From Marsupella aquatica (taxonomy: Eukaryota; Plantae; Marchantiophyta): DNA of 64,000 nucleotides. Every line of letters starts with the position of its first letter. Position 1 is the first letter of the stretch. This document shows positions 13,105 to 27,020 of the stretch, one piece after another. The position numbers were made by a program, and so were the translations under genes. Below the pieces are notes generated by a model. That model worked only from the letters and a program-made list of their open reading frames with translations. It did not search any database and was not told the origin of the DNA. The DNA is taken from NCBI GenBank assembly GCA_973895155.1, contig OZ316891.1, forward strand, positions 4,621,708 to 4,685,707. Direction: 5' to 3'.

Positions 13105-13795
13105 GGAATGCCATATAGGGAAACAGACTGGGAAAATTGGAATCCCTGATTTACCTACTTATGGAAATCTAGCAGTGCCGATGCAAACAATCTTGAAATG
13201 ATCCGTGGATACAAACGGGTACCACGTGGGGTGTGCTAACTGGCTAGATCCAGTGTGACTAGCTAATACAAGTAAGGAAAAACACAGGGAAACCCTTTTC
13301 CCCACCTTCATATCTTATGGAAATCTAATGGTGCTGATACAAATCATCTTGAAATGATCCAAGGGTACAAATGGTACCACCTGGGGAGTACTAGGTGGAC
13401 TAGACATAGTGCAACTAGCCAATGCCATGTAGGGAAGCAGACGGGGAAATTGTAATCCCCATCTTCACAACCCACGAAGATCTAACGGTGTCGATGGCAA
13501 ATCATCTTAAAATGATCCAAGGGTACAAATAGTACCACCTGGGAAGAGTTAATTAACTAAACTTCACACGATGTAACTAGCCAATGACATATAGGGAAAC
13601 AAATCGGGAATAACATGAAGAAAGTCTATTTCCCAACCTACAATGGAAGGCCCGATGTTGTTTAGAGCACCCATCAAACGGGCTTGAGTATGCCATCTGG
13701 AATGTGCTTCACATAGGTATGTTACTCTCAGAGTAGTCGGGAAATCAGTGATGTAACATACACATAGGTATGTTACTCTCAGAGTAGTCGGGAAA
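13105..13795. repeat. Diverged ~157-bp tandem array x3, plus a ~50-bp duplication
   Basis: ATCTT(G/A)AA(A)TGATCC..TACAAA..GTACCAC.TGGG at 13190, 13346 and 13504; CACATAGGTATGTTACTCTCAGAGTAGTCGGGAAA twice at ~13710 and ~13761. Confidence 0.8.
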
Positions 13796-16700
13796 CCATC
13801 GAACTTCACTAAGCATGGGAAGCCCAAGGTAGCTAGGGAATTCCTGGGAAAGTGCGTAACATTTCCCTAACTTGTACACAAACCCGACTTCTTTGTTATC
13901 AGGCAGAGGATTCCCAGTAACACATAGGGAACATCCATTTGCCTGACTGTGCATATCCTCCTTGTGTAGTACTGCCAAACCGTATCTAGGACGTACCTGA
14001 TCGTCCTGTGATTGTTTCCTGCTTGAAATAACGAGTTTGATATTCGGTCAGAAACTTCAAAATAAGTTGCATTGAACCAATGTATCTGGTGACACATGTA
14101 AATTTCGAATTTTTAAACCTTCTTCCCTGTAAGTTTCTATTAGGTCTTACTTATCCAAAAATACATTTAGTAACGCAATGCCTGGTTGCACCTACAGGAT
14201 GCGACATTTGTGGCGAAAGTGAGATCCTGGAGGCGGTATGCAAATGAAGCTGACTGAGGAATTGTTGACCCGTGGCTGTGAGAAATGTTACTAACATGAA
14301 AGGCCATGTAAGAAGATCGAATGCAAAGTTTGGTATTCCTTACTTGGTTCATTATACTTCTAAGTGACCCCCTATATTAAACAACGTCACTAAATACACT
14401 TGTCTGTCTATCAATGGTCCAAATTGGACGGTGAAGATCTACTGGATTCAGATGATCAGATTTAGAGAAGCTGACAAAATATGGGCCGAGTGACAAACAA
14501 TAACCATATTAATCCCCTGGTTTGAACTTCTGCAATACAGTTGATATTGGTCAATTCATAATATCGTTTGAATCTTGTATCAAACTGGTTGAACAGCTTT
14601 CAAGTTTGTAACTAAGCAGATCTATGAATATAATTAGTCTCCAAACCTTTTTATAAACATGTACTTGTTGGTCAAGTGGAAGCTTGAGATGTACCAAGGA
14701 GGCACCAAGGACTAGCTCAAAAAGGGAAGGGAAAGGACTGAGAATATCATTAAGATGTGGTTGAGCAAACCAAAAGGTTGGACACACTTGGAAAAGTTAG
14801 AAACACTTCCAAAAAATGTTGTGCACACTTCCAAAAAGATTGAGCACACTTCTAAACTTGGATACGTTTCCAAATTAAGATCTGGCATGCAGGAATATCT
14901 AATTTGGCTTTCATTCTCATCAAAACTAGCATAATTATAAAAGAGTTCCTACCCAGGCATGAAATGGGCAGCCAGCGTACGGATCAGAACAGGGAGCATG
15001 AGATATGAGAAGGAACAAGAGAGAAGCCAGCTGAATGTACCTAAGTACACCCGGGACAACATCTGCCTGGAAGAACAAACTATAGCCACAAATTAAAGCA
15101 ATATTGCAGCTAGGAGAACATATGATAGTCCAAAAAATGAGAGTATACCTTCAATCTGGGAGCAAAAACACGCCGTGAGCAGTCTAGAGAGCTAGCGCAG
15201 CTGGGGATCTCTGGACAGCTTGCCCAGGAGAACGTACATACAGCAGCACATCCCGGAGAGCCAACGACAGCAGAGAGCAGCACCTGGGATTGCAACCGAA
15301 AGTCCAACATAAACCAAGAACACAAAAATCCAGCGAAAAAACCAAAACACAAAAACCATCAAAAGCTGCATATTGCATTACCTCACCCTCCCTGGCTCCC
15401 ATGCACTCAGCCTCTGATCGTGGCAACTCCCCTAATGCCTGCCCTTCACATTGCAAAGGCTGGCCATGTCCTGCCCTACCTCTTGCCCATATATATAATC
15501 TTAAGCCAAACAATTCAAATTGTGCTCTCAAACAGGTCATGACCCCCAATTGTGCCCCCTGAATGTTAAATTCCTAAAGCCCATTTACATTATTTTAGAT
15601 AGTGACATGCATGTGGAACAGTGAAAATCAGAACCGTGTCCTTTGGATTTAAACCCCTTTAAATAGTCCTATCTTAAACTTATAACTTAAATTGAAGAAG
15701 TGCACTTTTTTAGCATCATTTGACATACGTTTTACTAGGGGGGATGCGTTTCTCTCAACCCTAGAGTTCTTCAACAAAAGTTTTCCGCCCAATAAATTTA
15801 TGAAAACCCCTAACTTATATGCGCATGATGGTTTGGAAGACCACAATGAGGAACCAATTTATGAAAACTCGTAACTTATATGCGCGTGATGGTTTGGACT
15901 AAGACCCAGGCACTGGGGGTTTCCCATTTTGAATATGCTATTGACATTCTATGGCACGGCGTGTCTGTGAGTCTCTGATGTGTTTTGCCCCTAGGGACTT
16001 TGAAACGTGTCTGTGAGGCAACTGTGAAAGCCGCGTCTCACAGTTGGTCTTTGACATTCAATATTTGTGCAATAGGAGTCAATCATGGGCTTGCAAGTAT
16101 GGAGGGGCAAGTCACATTAAAATTAAAATAGGGTTCTCATGTTACATGCAGGCAGGTCCCTTTGATTTATGCACAACTAGTTTCTTCATGTGACACAGTT
16201 TGCAAGAGGCGGGAAACTACTGGGCACTGCATACATTCTGACAATCAGTGTAGATACTCATCAGTAATCGAAAATCTTTACTTGCACTTGCTCTCTTGGT
16301 GGCTAGCTGCCGAATGTATGCTCTACCTTTCTTGGAGGATTCAAATTGTTGAGCTGCTGTTTATGTGCACTTGCTGTCATGGTGGATTCACCTTGTTTAA
16401 CTGCCAATTGTGTGCTCTTGCTCTGGGCGTCACCTAGCTAGCTTGTTCAGCTGCTGACTCACTGCTACTGAGGAGTCGGTATGCCCCAAAAAACTGGACG
16501 AGGTGCTGTTACTCGTCAAGAAAGTCGTGTTGGTCATACAAATCGGGACTCCAATGCGAAGGAGGAGGTGATTGAGAGTCAGTCTTACACTGTTCAGTCA
16601 TCTAATAATGGCTCAAAGTACATAAACAACGTGAAGAGTTAGAAAGAAAGATGACGTCAAGGAGGCTACTAGCGCACGGTACATGCACTACAGCCAATAC

Positions 16701-17165
16701 CCGGCCGGTTTTACAAGTAAAGTTAAAGTCTAAAAGATAATTGGTAGCCAAGCAAAGGAGGTCAAGCCGTTTGGGATCGAGAGGGAAGAGGAGAGTAAGA
16801 GGGTAGCTCGGGGAGGCCAACATGATATATAGTGATGATACCTCTGGATGGAGTGAAATGTGGGAGCTAAAGATAGTAGTATCCTCACCCTGAACTGATA
16901 CTGTCCTTTATACATAGTGAAATGTTTTTGCACCTGTTTTTTGATGTTGAAGCACTTGAGAGAACACAGCCCAAAGCTAGACATCAAAGGTTGATCAATA
17001 TTTACCAAACTAGAGAGTTATTTTAATTTGTAGTTCCGGTTGACAATTTTGTATAGAAAACCACCTATATATTAGGTAGGCTCCATTTTGCACCATATTT
17101 TAGCAGACGTAGCTCAAGGATTCTGAAAACCTGTTGAGCAAAGAAGTGTCTTGCAAAACGGCAAA

Positions 17166-17408
17166 CATGAACATCTAACAAACAATCAATAGTTGCGATA
17201 TGTGGTTCATGTCATGAACATCTAACAAACAAATTAATAGTTGAGATATGTAGTTCATGTCTGATGAGGCTCAGTCCACACTTACTTTATTATACTCTAG
17301 GCCACTGAAAGGCTCAATCCACACTTACTTTATTATACTCTAAGCCACTGACTTTACTACACTCTAGATCGACCTGACTGTCCACACTGATTTTACTACA
17401 CTCTAGAC
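17166..17408. repeat. Short tandem duplications (~47-bp unit x2; ~40-bp CCACACTTACTTTATTATACTCTA unit x2-4)
   Basis: CATGAACATCTAACAAACAA..AATAGTTG.GATATGT.GTTCATGT twice; CCACACTTACTTTATTATACTCTA twice plus partial copies. Confidence 0.75.
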
Positions 17409-19252
17409 CAGTTGGCCATATATCAAATGAATGTTCACAAACTCTTTCTATTACTAAAGTGGCTCGTTAACAATGAACTTGAAATTGATAGATTTTGCAA
17501 GAGCCATGACAACTTTGTAGATAAATCACCAACATCAATTTTTTTTTTTAGAAATCCATATATGTACATAAGATTATAAATTTAAGGGATTGACTTGTAA
17601 ATCCCTACTCAAGAGCTGGCGGCCATGTTGATAGGTACCTCGGCCCCTGGTGAATCCTGCCAGACATTCGGTGAGAACAGGGGTGAAAACTTTTACGGTG
17701 AAAACCTTGACGGGGGGAGAGATAACCAAGTTTTTGAAACAGGATTTTGAGTATATATTGTGCTGCCTCGCAGCTAGCAGTACCAACAGGCTTTCAAGTT
17801 TGGGGATTCTATGGACAGATGTTTTGCTTCCGGATCGTTGATATCTTTGGGTTCTCTCGGTAGTTCCCATTTCATTCGTCTAACCTTGATGGGAGCTTTC
17901 CTAGGAGAATTGAATTCTTTTTAATATTTCAATCCCTGGTGGGAGTTTCGTTGGTTGGCCTTTGACAATGACCAGAGGCAAAGGGGCAACGTGTCCCCTC
18001 AAGTGAGGCTAAATTACCCTGTTGGGATTGTTTAGCAGTGTGAGTCCGTGCGACTTAGCTGGAGAAATTAACAAGCAGGCCTAAATCAATCAGCTAGTGG
18101 TCTGAGCCGCAAGGACTGCCTCTCTACCTGGTTGCTAATTAAATTAGTTCCTACTTCAGCAATAAATTAAAATGGACATGCCTAGCTTATGTCACTCTGA
18201 CAGGGCTTCATAGCTAATTCTCAGTGAAGCCCCTCTTCAGCTACATCGATCTCAACGAACCCCGCAAAGCTCCCCTCGTAACCTCCTCCACTGACTGTCA
18301 AGAAAGCTTGGGGCCTTCTAACCCAATATCTAGCTTGCCTCTGCTGCAACGGAGGCACCCCGGCCTGTGAGTTGAGATCAAGGTCCAAGGTTCCATTCTG
18401 CCATGTATGCTTGCAATGGAGGGTCCATGCCTTCAGTAGCTAAAGACAATGATGTCGGGAAAGAATTATATTCCGTAATGGTTGCTCTGCGCATATATGC
18501 CCCTTCACTTTATGATTTTTTTGCGATACCTGTGCAAGTGCCCCTATTAAACCACCCTCTTTGAAACACAGTTGAGGCTCAAAAGGAAGTAAATCATGGA
18601 TTGACACATGACAATTTGGGAATCATACAGGTGAAATTTCGTAAATTGTTACCCCCTTAATTATTTACTAAACTACAAAGACATCTACAATTTTTTAAAT
18701 TGTTGCCCTAAACCCAAAACCTTAAACATCTCACAAGGTATTGGATGCTTTAAAGATCGAGTCACTAGCTTAGACAAAAACCTGGATTCACCAAATTTTC
18801 ACTATGTTTAGTATTTTTTCTTGAAATTATGAAGCAAAGTCTCACTTAGAGAGTAATATGAAAAATGAAGAAGTCTTGGACACTTCTCCTTTAATATGAC
18901 CAGCAGGCGGTTTAAAGAAGTAACCTCGATCATGTCATTAACATTTGTGAAGTGCTTCTACAATGCGATTTGCTTCACAATTTGAATTGTAAGCATATTA
19001 TTACTCAAATAAAGGAAACCTAGCTTTTAGCATCTCCAAGATTGTCAAAACTCCCCAAAAATTTTCATCTGAAAAACATAAATTAAAACTCACTTCCAGT
19101 AAATTATCAGAAATTTCAATACAACCTAACATAGTAGGAATTCAAAATGTTTCTTCTTGGGTTGTGGATGTGTTATTCTGCCCACCCATCATGAACGATG
19201 TAGCACAGTGAATCTTTCAGAATTGAGATAGAAGGTAATTATTAATGTGTCA

Positions 19253-21447
19253 CCTTTTATCAGCTTGTAGCTTGCTTCTTACTTCAAACTTGCCTTCAGG
19301 GCATCTGGTCACCCCTTCGTCTACATGAACATGTTTGGAAAGCTTGGCACGTCCATTCAGAAGGTGAGAGTCTGAACTATCTATTGCCCGATTTATTGGT
19401 CAGTGCAATTAGTAGATATATTAGTAGATATATTTAAATATATCTATAAACAGTAAAAAATAAATTTAAAAAATAATAAATAAATAAACAGTATATATTA
19501 CCCTTAATGCTTAATTGTCTTAGTAGACACGTCTCCCAAGATCACTAATTTCAAACAAGTATTTACAGTACCTCGATCTTTTACATCTTCGTTATAATCG
19601 TAGATGCCTTTGTAGTTTGGCTGGGCAGCTGTACCATCCACATGCTTGAGACTTGCTTTGTCATAGGCTCTGCAGACCATTTAATGCAAATTAATTATTG
19701 AACTGGAGATTACTCATGATGGACAAAATTGTCCATATAAATTTGAGATACTTCATGAAACATTTCAGTCACACGACTAATCCAGGCAAAACCGAGGGAA
19801 AATATGAAAAAAATATTGGACCGTACTTGACTGCCTGTGTAGCAGATTCATATGAACCTGTAATATATAACAACAAAGGACTCGGAACTGTCTTCAGGGC
19901 ATATATAGGACATACAGAACAGTCCAGTCTTGGCGCAGGTAAATCTCAAACTTCACCAATTGGAAAGTAAATGCCTCCTATTTAAATACTAGTCTACTAT
20001 CAGGAAATACATTGCGGGAAGAAAGAAGTATGATCGATGAGTGCGGCCGATGAGTGTAGCTAGAAACATGCACTGTCCGTAGGCTGAACGTTATGGTAGG
20101 TACCTGGCCTATATAAAATTGATATTGTAATTGTCCATCCCTGCAGAATGATTGAGTAACATTACACTGATCGATTTAGTACATATTTCATTTGAGTACT
20201 CTTGAAAAGGACCTTACGAAGTTCATTTACTCTATCAACAACATGAGTATTTCCTCTACATGCTAGCAAGTGTAGATCTGAATAACATATATATGCGCGC
20301 ACTTCATAGGGGTCAACAATATGGGACGAGCTTAATTATCAAAGGACATTAGTCATAGCCAACTAACCATACGAAAATTAAACTACTGAAAGTGCTGCTT
20401 AATAGAACAGTCAGGAATCGGCTTATGATCGATCCATAAACAACCGATAAGATTCAGAATCCACACGAGGCTATAGTTTGAATAAAAATCTAATTTCCTG
20501 TCAGTTTCTTACCATATATAGGTTTCTTACCATATATAGGCAGTCCAACTGCGGGTGCTTTTGTTGAAGACTGCGATACCATATATGAAGGCCAAACTCA
20601 GTTGGATCAGGAACACAAGCACGCCTGGTTATCTCCAATAAATCAGCTCCAGTGTTTTCGGGTTTCTCTACATAATATCGCACCATCGAATATGCTCCAG
20701 TAGTCTGAACTTTCAAGTGTTTTGATCGACTCTTGTGTAGTTCATTTCACTGCTCCAGTCATTTGGACCTTAAGTGTTTTGGGGGACTCACCTGGTGCTA
20801 GCTGCAACAGACCTCACCTTAATTCAGTATTTTTGGAAGACTCACTTCGGATCGATTGCTTTGATGCAGTAGTCGTAACCTTCAATTTTCGATGGGGACT
20901 CTCTTACAGTCGCTCTGGTCGTTCACGACACTCTTCATCATTTAGTGTATCCTGTTCTCCTTGTTTAATTCCGATGTACTGCTGTCCGGAACAAGTAGTT
21001 TGTGTTTGAAAATCATTTAAGGTGGCCTGTTCTCCTTGTTTCATTCCGTTGTACTGCTTTCCTGAACGAGTAATGTATGTTTGTAAACCGCATCAAGTCT
21101 CATTCATCACAACTTTTGGGATTGAGAAGGAGGAGGATTTGCTTTGACTTTCTTTCACTTCTTTCGTTTCTGCGCCCCACTCTCGTGGCTGTCTCTATCA
21201 GCATATCAAATTGGTAAAGTCAGCACTAGCCATCATGGCATCCTGTTCAGGCCTCGCTTCAGACTTCCAAGGCCGTTCCCCACTTGTCTTCTGCTTCTGG
21301 GGGTTTCCAGTTATATCAGCGTTTCTGCCCTACTTGAACAGAAACCTTGTACTGCTGGCCTTACTCGATCTTAGATACCGACGATGCATTGAACCTCTGC
21401 TTACAGAAACCATGTTGGCTCTGTCGTAAGCTTCCTCGGCAGCACAC
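19253..21447 (-). pseudogene. Decayed gene with multiple divergent AP2/ERF-like domains and microexons
   Basis: Minus-strand exons 19977-19957 (21 nt), 19857-19827 (31 nt), 19669-19572 and ~19380-19255 splice in phase to GGIYFPIG-SYESATQAVK-AYDKASLKHVDGTAAQPNY..DEGVTRCPEGKFEVRSK. The upstream exon (~20103-20048, TYHNVQPTDS..FLATLI) needs a 1-nt frameshift. Another AAEEAYDRA lies at ~21440 in a stop-interrupted exon. Confidence 0.55.
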
Positions 21448-24400
21448 CTATAAAGAAGACGGCCAAGTCACTCGCTTGTATGGGAAGGTTGTTACTTCTA
21501 CTTTTCTCAATAGATGATCCAATCTACCTTCGAATTCTATAATGTATTCTCTTCTACAAATGTCCAGTTATCTCGATCAAAGGAATTTCAGCTCTACCCT
21601 TCATAGTAGATTGATGATCCTCTCGATCAGTAGTAGGACTAGCTTCTTAAATCATAAGAGGTAGTCGCGGACATGTAAAGTCTGCCTTAATTGAAATCCT
21701 GATTAAACGAGGATCCACTAGAAAACATTCTACAGACAGAGGCTAGAGCAGTGTCGCAAGGCAGAATGGACACACTCCCACGCTGTTAAAACTCCCACTT
21801 AGCGACCCTTTTCGATACCATGTCCTACTCAGGGACTTTTTGCCTAGCACGATAACACTAAAGTGGGTAAAACCCCAAAGTGTGTAAACTGAATACAATT
21901 TCACATTACATGTTAGGGAATATTTCCCACTTCAGCTGTGTGAATTTAACCAGTAGTAAAAGCTCCAAGGACAAAAAACTAATGAGTGTAATTATTTTGC
22001 CACTAGGGGTCACACTTTGATTTCTTTCCGTGCGCGGTTTCATTTTGTGGATAGAGTGCAAGCTTCCATGTGCTGCATCATTACCCATTTAAAACTTTGG
22101 AAGCCCAAAATTGATGCTCTGGTTAAAGGTTATGGGCAGTTATAGTGTTTGTAGGTAAGTGTACGAACCCTCAAATAAACACAAAAGATTTGGCAAGCCC
22201 GCTAATTACGAGGTGAATATACAAATCCTCTCGTATTGTCTTTTTTTTAAGTAGGATTTAAGAACACTAACAGAAAACTAGGTAAAAGCCCCACAAATGG
22301 TCCGACAAATTTGATTTCCTACCTACGTGACAGTTTTGCCTTGTGTGTTCTATGTGGTCTGTCCTGATGCCATTGAAATCAACTGGATGTAGGCGTCTTT
22401 ATATTAATTTGTCCCCAGTTCTATGATTCCCATGACACAATATATATATATATATATATGAGATTTGATGATACCGTTAAATTCAAGGAAATCCAGCACT
22501 TCGATTCAATTAATCAGAAATTAGGGTGGCTTAAAACCAGGAATCATATTAGATCCCTAAAGCTGCAAAGAAACACTGATCAATGCAGGCCAAACTGAGA
22601 CAACCAGGCGTCACAGTACGTGACTTCCCGGCTCAGACTACAATTCATATGACGATAATTAATTTGCTGATATATAGCAAGCCGGCAATCAAGATGGAAG
22701 GGTGGAGCCCAGTGCATGCCAAACGCGCTACTTTCCGTTTGACTGTCTTAAACAGATTAATTAACTCTCTGAACAAAGAAGGAGTTCCAGGAAAACCGGA
22801 GCAAGTAGCTTCAAATTTTCGAAATTGAGAAAAAGAAGCACTTACAAAGTTCCAAGCTTTGCAAAACAAGCCAAGGCAAGCTATGGATCAACCATACTTG
22901 CTAGCGATCTAGGGTTCATCAGGTAAGTACATTAGGTTTTCTGAAAGTTACTAAACCCTAAAACCCTACTCTCAAGCCATGGAGATACTTAGGCAAGAAA
23001 GGAAACCAGCGGCTCTGAAAGGGCACACATCGATCTGTCTAGGCATTTATGCATTGAGGGTAAACTTGACGAACTGTGCAGAAACCTAACGTGCTTTTCA
23101 AAGATCGCAAACCAGGTGATGGCAATGTTTGGATCCATCGATCTCAAGGCGAAAGGGGCTGCGGAACAACATCATTGAGTGGTCCTGGGGAAGCTAAACT
23201 TGGTATGTCAAGCAGATTAACTCTTGTCTCTCTATCATTTACAATGCAACTCACCACTAGTTTCTGCCACTAGATCGAAGCTGCAGTCATCAAGAGGGGA
23301 ACGATGAAGCACAAGCACGAGAACAAGCCCTCTGGGAATTAGCACTCGACCATCAGGTCAGGTCTGGATCCATCATCTATGGAAAGTGCCGTTGGTAGAG
23401 CCCCATACATCTTAGGTGGTGCTGCCTGGGAAAGGGTTCTTAAGGCGGGTTGGGGGCCATGGTACGAGAAACACACTTGCAGGACACGAACTGAGGATGG
23501 TGAGGGCACACTTGCAGGACACGAGCGGAGGAGGGTGAGGGCGGCCGGCGCATCTAAGACTGATGGCACACGGGATGGCACACTGCTCTAAACTGGCTTG
23601 AAAGATGCAATATAGATGCCTAAACAAATCATTGCTAAGACAAAAGCAAGAACTAACGTACATAAGAACAACAACGTTAACTCTCCCAAAAACTGTGGAC
23701 CCTAACTCTTTCCGTGTGCCAAAGAACTTAGTAAAGGGAAAGTTATGCAAAAGTCAACTGACAGTCAGAAAAGCTTATCAATGCATCATTCAATTTCAAA
23801 TTGGCACTTCAGAGCATCTCCACATGAGGACTACACTCTGCACTATGTACATCGCTAGATTTTAATTAAGTCGAGTGAACATTTTTGTGCGGTAGTTCAC
23901 GCTACTTCCTTTTCAAGGATCCCCTCTACAAATCCAAGTTCATGATGGAGGTCACGAGGACTACACTGAAGAAGCAGTAGAAGAAGGGCCTCTAGGGGTC
24001 ACATAACAGCAAAGCTAGCAAATTAATAGTCTGTATTAATTTTTCTAACTGTATTTTGACCGCCCTAGCTCATTTTGACCGCCTCGTGAAATCTAGCTCA
24101 CTGCCTAGTGGACTGCTCATATTCGACTGCTCCATATAAGCTGGCTTCAAAAGATTGGGCAAAAGACTTAATAATCAGACCCCTCAACCACTGGAATGCT
24201 AAGACAGCGGGTGGAATCATCAAAAGAACGTAACTTCTGCAGCACTAGCTGTGGATCAACAGTTTGGTATCTCTTTCTGTGTGTTAACACAACCTAATAT
24301 AGGAAAAGTTCCGATTCCCTAAATTCACAATCCTAGAGTCTGGAACGCAATACAAAACATCCCAGGGGAACCTCGATCTACTCTCTGCAGTACTTCACTA

Positions 24401-25238
24401 CATCTCGAAATCTTAATTGTTTTGCAGTACTCACCGCTTGCAGTAAACTACCGAGGTCAGTCCTTGGATTGGGAATCCTCCTATCTTGGTGCTCTTAGCT
24501 AGCTTCAATTATAGGATGCGACATTTGACCCCTGACCAAGTAAAATGATACGACAAGATCGGAAGGAATAGCAATCGAGTGAGTTTACCTCTGTAAAGCA
24601 CTGTGGATTAAGGTGACAGTCATTTAACAGTTCCTGTGTTCGAACTTGGCCCCGTCCTGTAACTTCACTTCCTCCCTCTCGCCCGCCCCCGCCCCCCTCC
24701 CCCCCACCCCCTCTCTGCCTTACTAAATGGTTGTCAGAATATGTACTTTTGCCCTTAGAGCATCCGCACCCACCAGCGGCCCGCTGTAAGCTAAAGTAGC
24801 GAGGCCGTTTGGCACTGGCTGTACTGGGCACCAAAGGCAGCGGGTAGGGTTCCCACCCATCCCACTAAAACCCCCCCGCCACTTTTTGACCCGGGTTCGA
24901 AACTGCCTGTGCCCATCCAAGTGCAGAATTCCTGTACCCTACGCAAAATCGTGAGCACGGCTGCAACTTTGCGCTCGACCATAGCTCCAGAGCTTCAAAC
25001 CACAGTGCCAGTTTCAATCTCGGTTTCAATTCATACCTGCCCACCATGGCTCGAGAGCTTCGATGCAATTTTAATGTCATGCATAGCTTCAAAGGTTGCA
25101 GGCAACAGCATGTAGTATTAGGGCTTGAACAGAAACTTGCAGGTGTATTGCTGTCGTTTTGAACAGAAACTTGCAGGTGTATTGCTGTCGTTCCGGTTCT
25201 ATTTTGCGATTGCTGTCGCTGCATGCTGCCATTTGAAC

Positions 25239-26600
25239 ATGACCTCTCATGATGATTGGCAGGCTCAATTGAATCAGCAGATTCAGGATGAATTGAAAGA
25301 GCAGCAACAGGAACAAGTTACGTGGTGGGAGAACAACACAATTTCTGGACCACTAGTCCTCATGGAGGTCTACAAATGTCACAGGAGCAAGAAACTAGGT
25401 GGATCTCTGCCTAGAAAATTAAAGAACATTGATCAAGAAAGAGAGTTTGGGCATGAGAGAATTTGGAAAGACTATTTTTGAGAGAATCCAGTGTACACTG
25501 ATGCCCAATTTAGGAGGCGCTACAGAATGAGAAGGCATCTCTTCTGGAAAATGCATGATTTGAACAGTGTGTGAAACTGACAATTATTTCCTCCAAAAAC
25601 GGGATGCTGCTGGAGTGAATGGCCTTTCCGCAATTCAGAAAATTACAGCAGCATTGAGACAACTTTCACTGGGAGTTCTGCAGATGCCCAGGCAGATGCC
25701 ATGGACAAATATTGTCGGATTGGGGAGACAACAGCTATGGATTCTCTGAAGAAATTTTGCAGAGTTGTTTGACAAGTTTTTCAAGGGAAATATTTGAGGA
25801 AACCTACCAAGGAAGACCATGGAGAGACAACTGGAAATCAATGAGAGGAGAGGATTTCCTGGTATGTTCGCTTCATTAGATTGCATGCATTGTGTTTGGA
25901 AAAATTGCCCTGTTGCATGGCAAGGGCTCAGATTTACAAACAAGGACAAACATAAATCAATCGTGTTGGAAGCAATTGCACACCAGTCCCTCTGGATCTG
26001 GCATGCATATTTTGGCCTCCCTGGAGGTAACAATGATTTGGACATTTTGGACAGGTCAATCCCCACTGGTGAACAATCTTTTGAGAAATGAGGCTCATGA
26101 GCTGAATTTACTATGAATGGATCATAATATGACCGATATTACCTCCTCACTGATGTGATCTATCCAGATTGGTCCATCTTTGTGCAAACTATAGCATTGC
26201 CACAGGGTGAAGCAAGAAAGTGATTTGCCAAATGCCAAGAAGGTGCACGACAAGATATTGAGAGAGCTTTTGGTATGCTACAAGCTCATTTTAGCATTAT
26301 TTGGAATCCTATGCGAATCCACAACCAAGCTATGATCAAAGACATCCTTCTTGCCTGTGTAATTTTTCATAACATGATAATAGAAGCGGAAATAGAAGAT
26401 GAGAGATTGGAGAATTTATCTCAGGAATATTGGGAATAGCAAGGACAGGCTAGACAAGGAGAAAGACTCACAACTACTGATTAGAAAGAATACTTGGCTG
26501 CCAATCGAGTCATTGAGGATTTAGAGACACATTTCATTCTGCAAAACAATCTGGTTGAGCATTTGTGGGCTCTCAAAGGAAAAGTTCACCAATTTGATTA
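25239..26600 (+). pseudogene. Pong/PIF-Harbinger DDE transposase pseudogene
   Basis: Fragments across frames: ERIWKDYF*ENPVYTDAQFRRRYRMRR, YFLQKRDAAG..GLSAIQKITAALRQL, RGFPGMFASLDCMHCVWKNCPVAWQG, IVLEAIA..LWIWHAYFGLPGGNNDLDILDRS, NNLVEHLW; several stops and frameshifts. Confidence 0.9.
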
Positions 26601-27020
26601 TGTTGGTCAGGTGTACGGATTTTGTTTAGAATTACACATTGTACCTACAAATTCAAATTTGAAATTATGTATGACTGTACACAGCTTCACAATTTCACAA
26701 TTTCACAATTCAATCTAGCTCTTCTGGAAATTCTCTACATGTACATTGACAAAATAATCTGAAATTTGAATAACATTGCCAGAAAGTACACACAATATGA
26801 AATCTGCCATGGGTCTTCGATCAACCAATAGCAAGACCATGGAAGTCACATAGCTCAAAAAATCTGAAATATATATGGGCTGCAAAATGTCCATAATACT
26901 ACTCATTACTAGACTGCCCAACCATCCACCATCCTATTAAATTGGACTGCCCCTTGCTATTGCTACTCCCCCTGCCAATTTGCCCATGAAATAATTCTCA
27001 TTCTCATCAGGGCTAAAGAC

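Noticed and set aside
14950-15290. Exon-like minus-strand segments near 15 kb and 3.95-4.19 kb
   Set aside because: Plausible splice sites but no recognisable protein and no consistent multi-exon model
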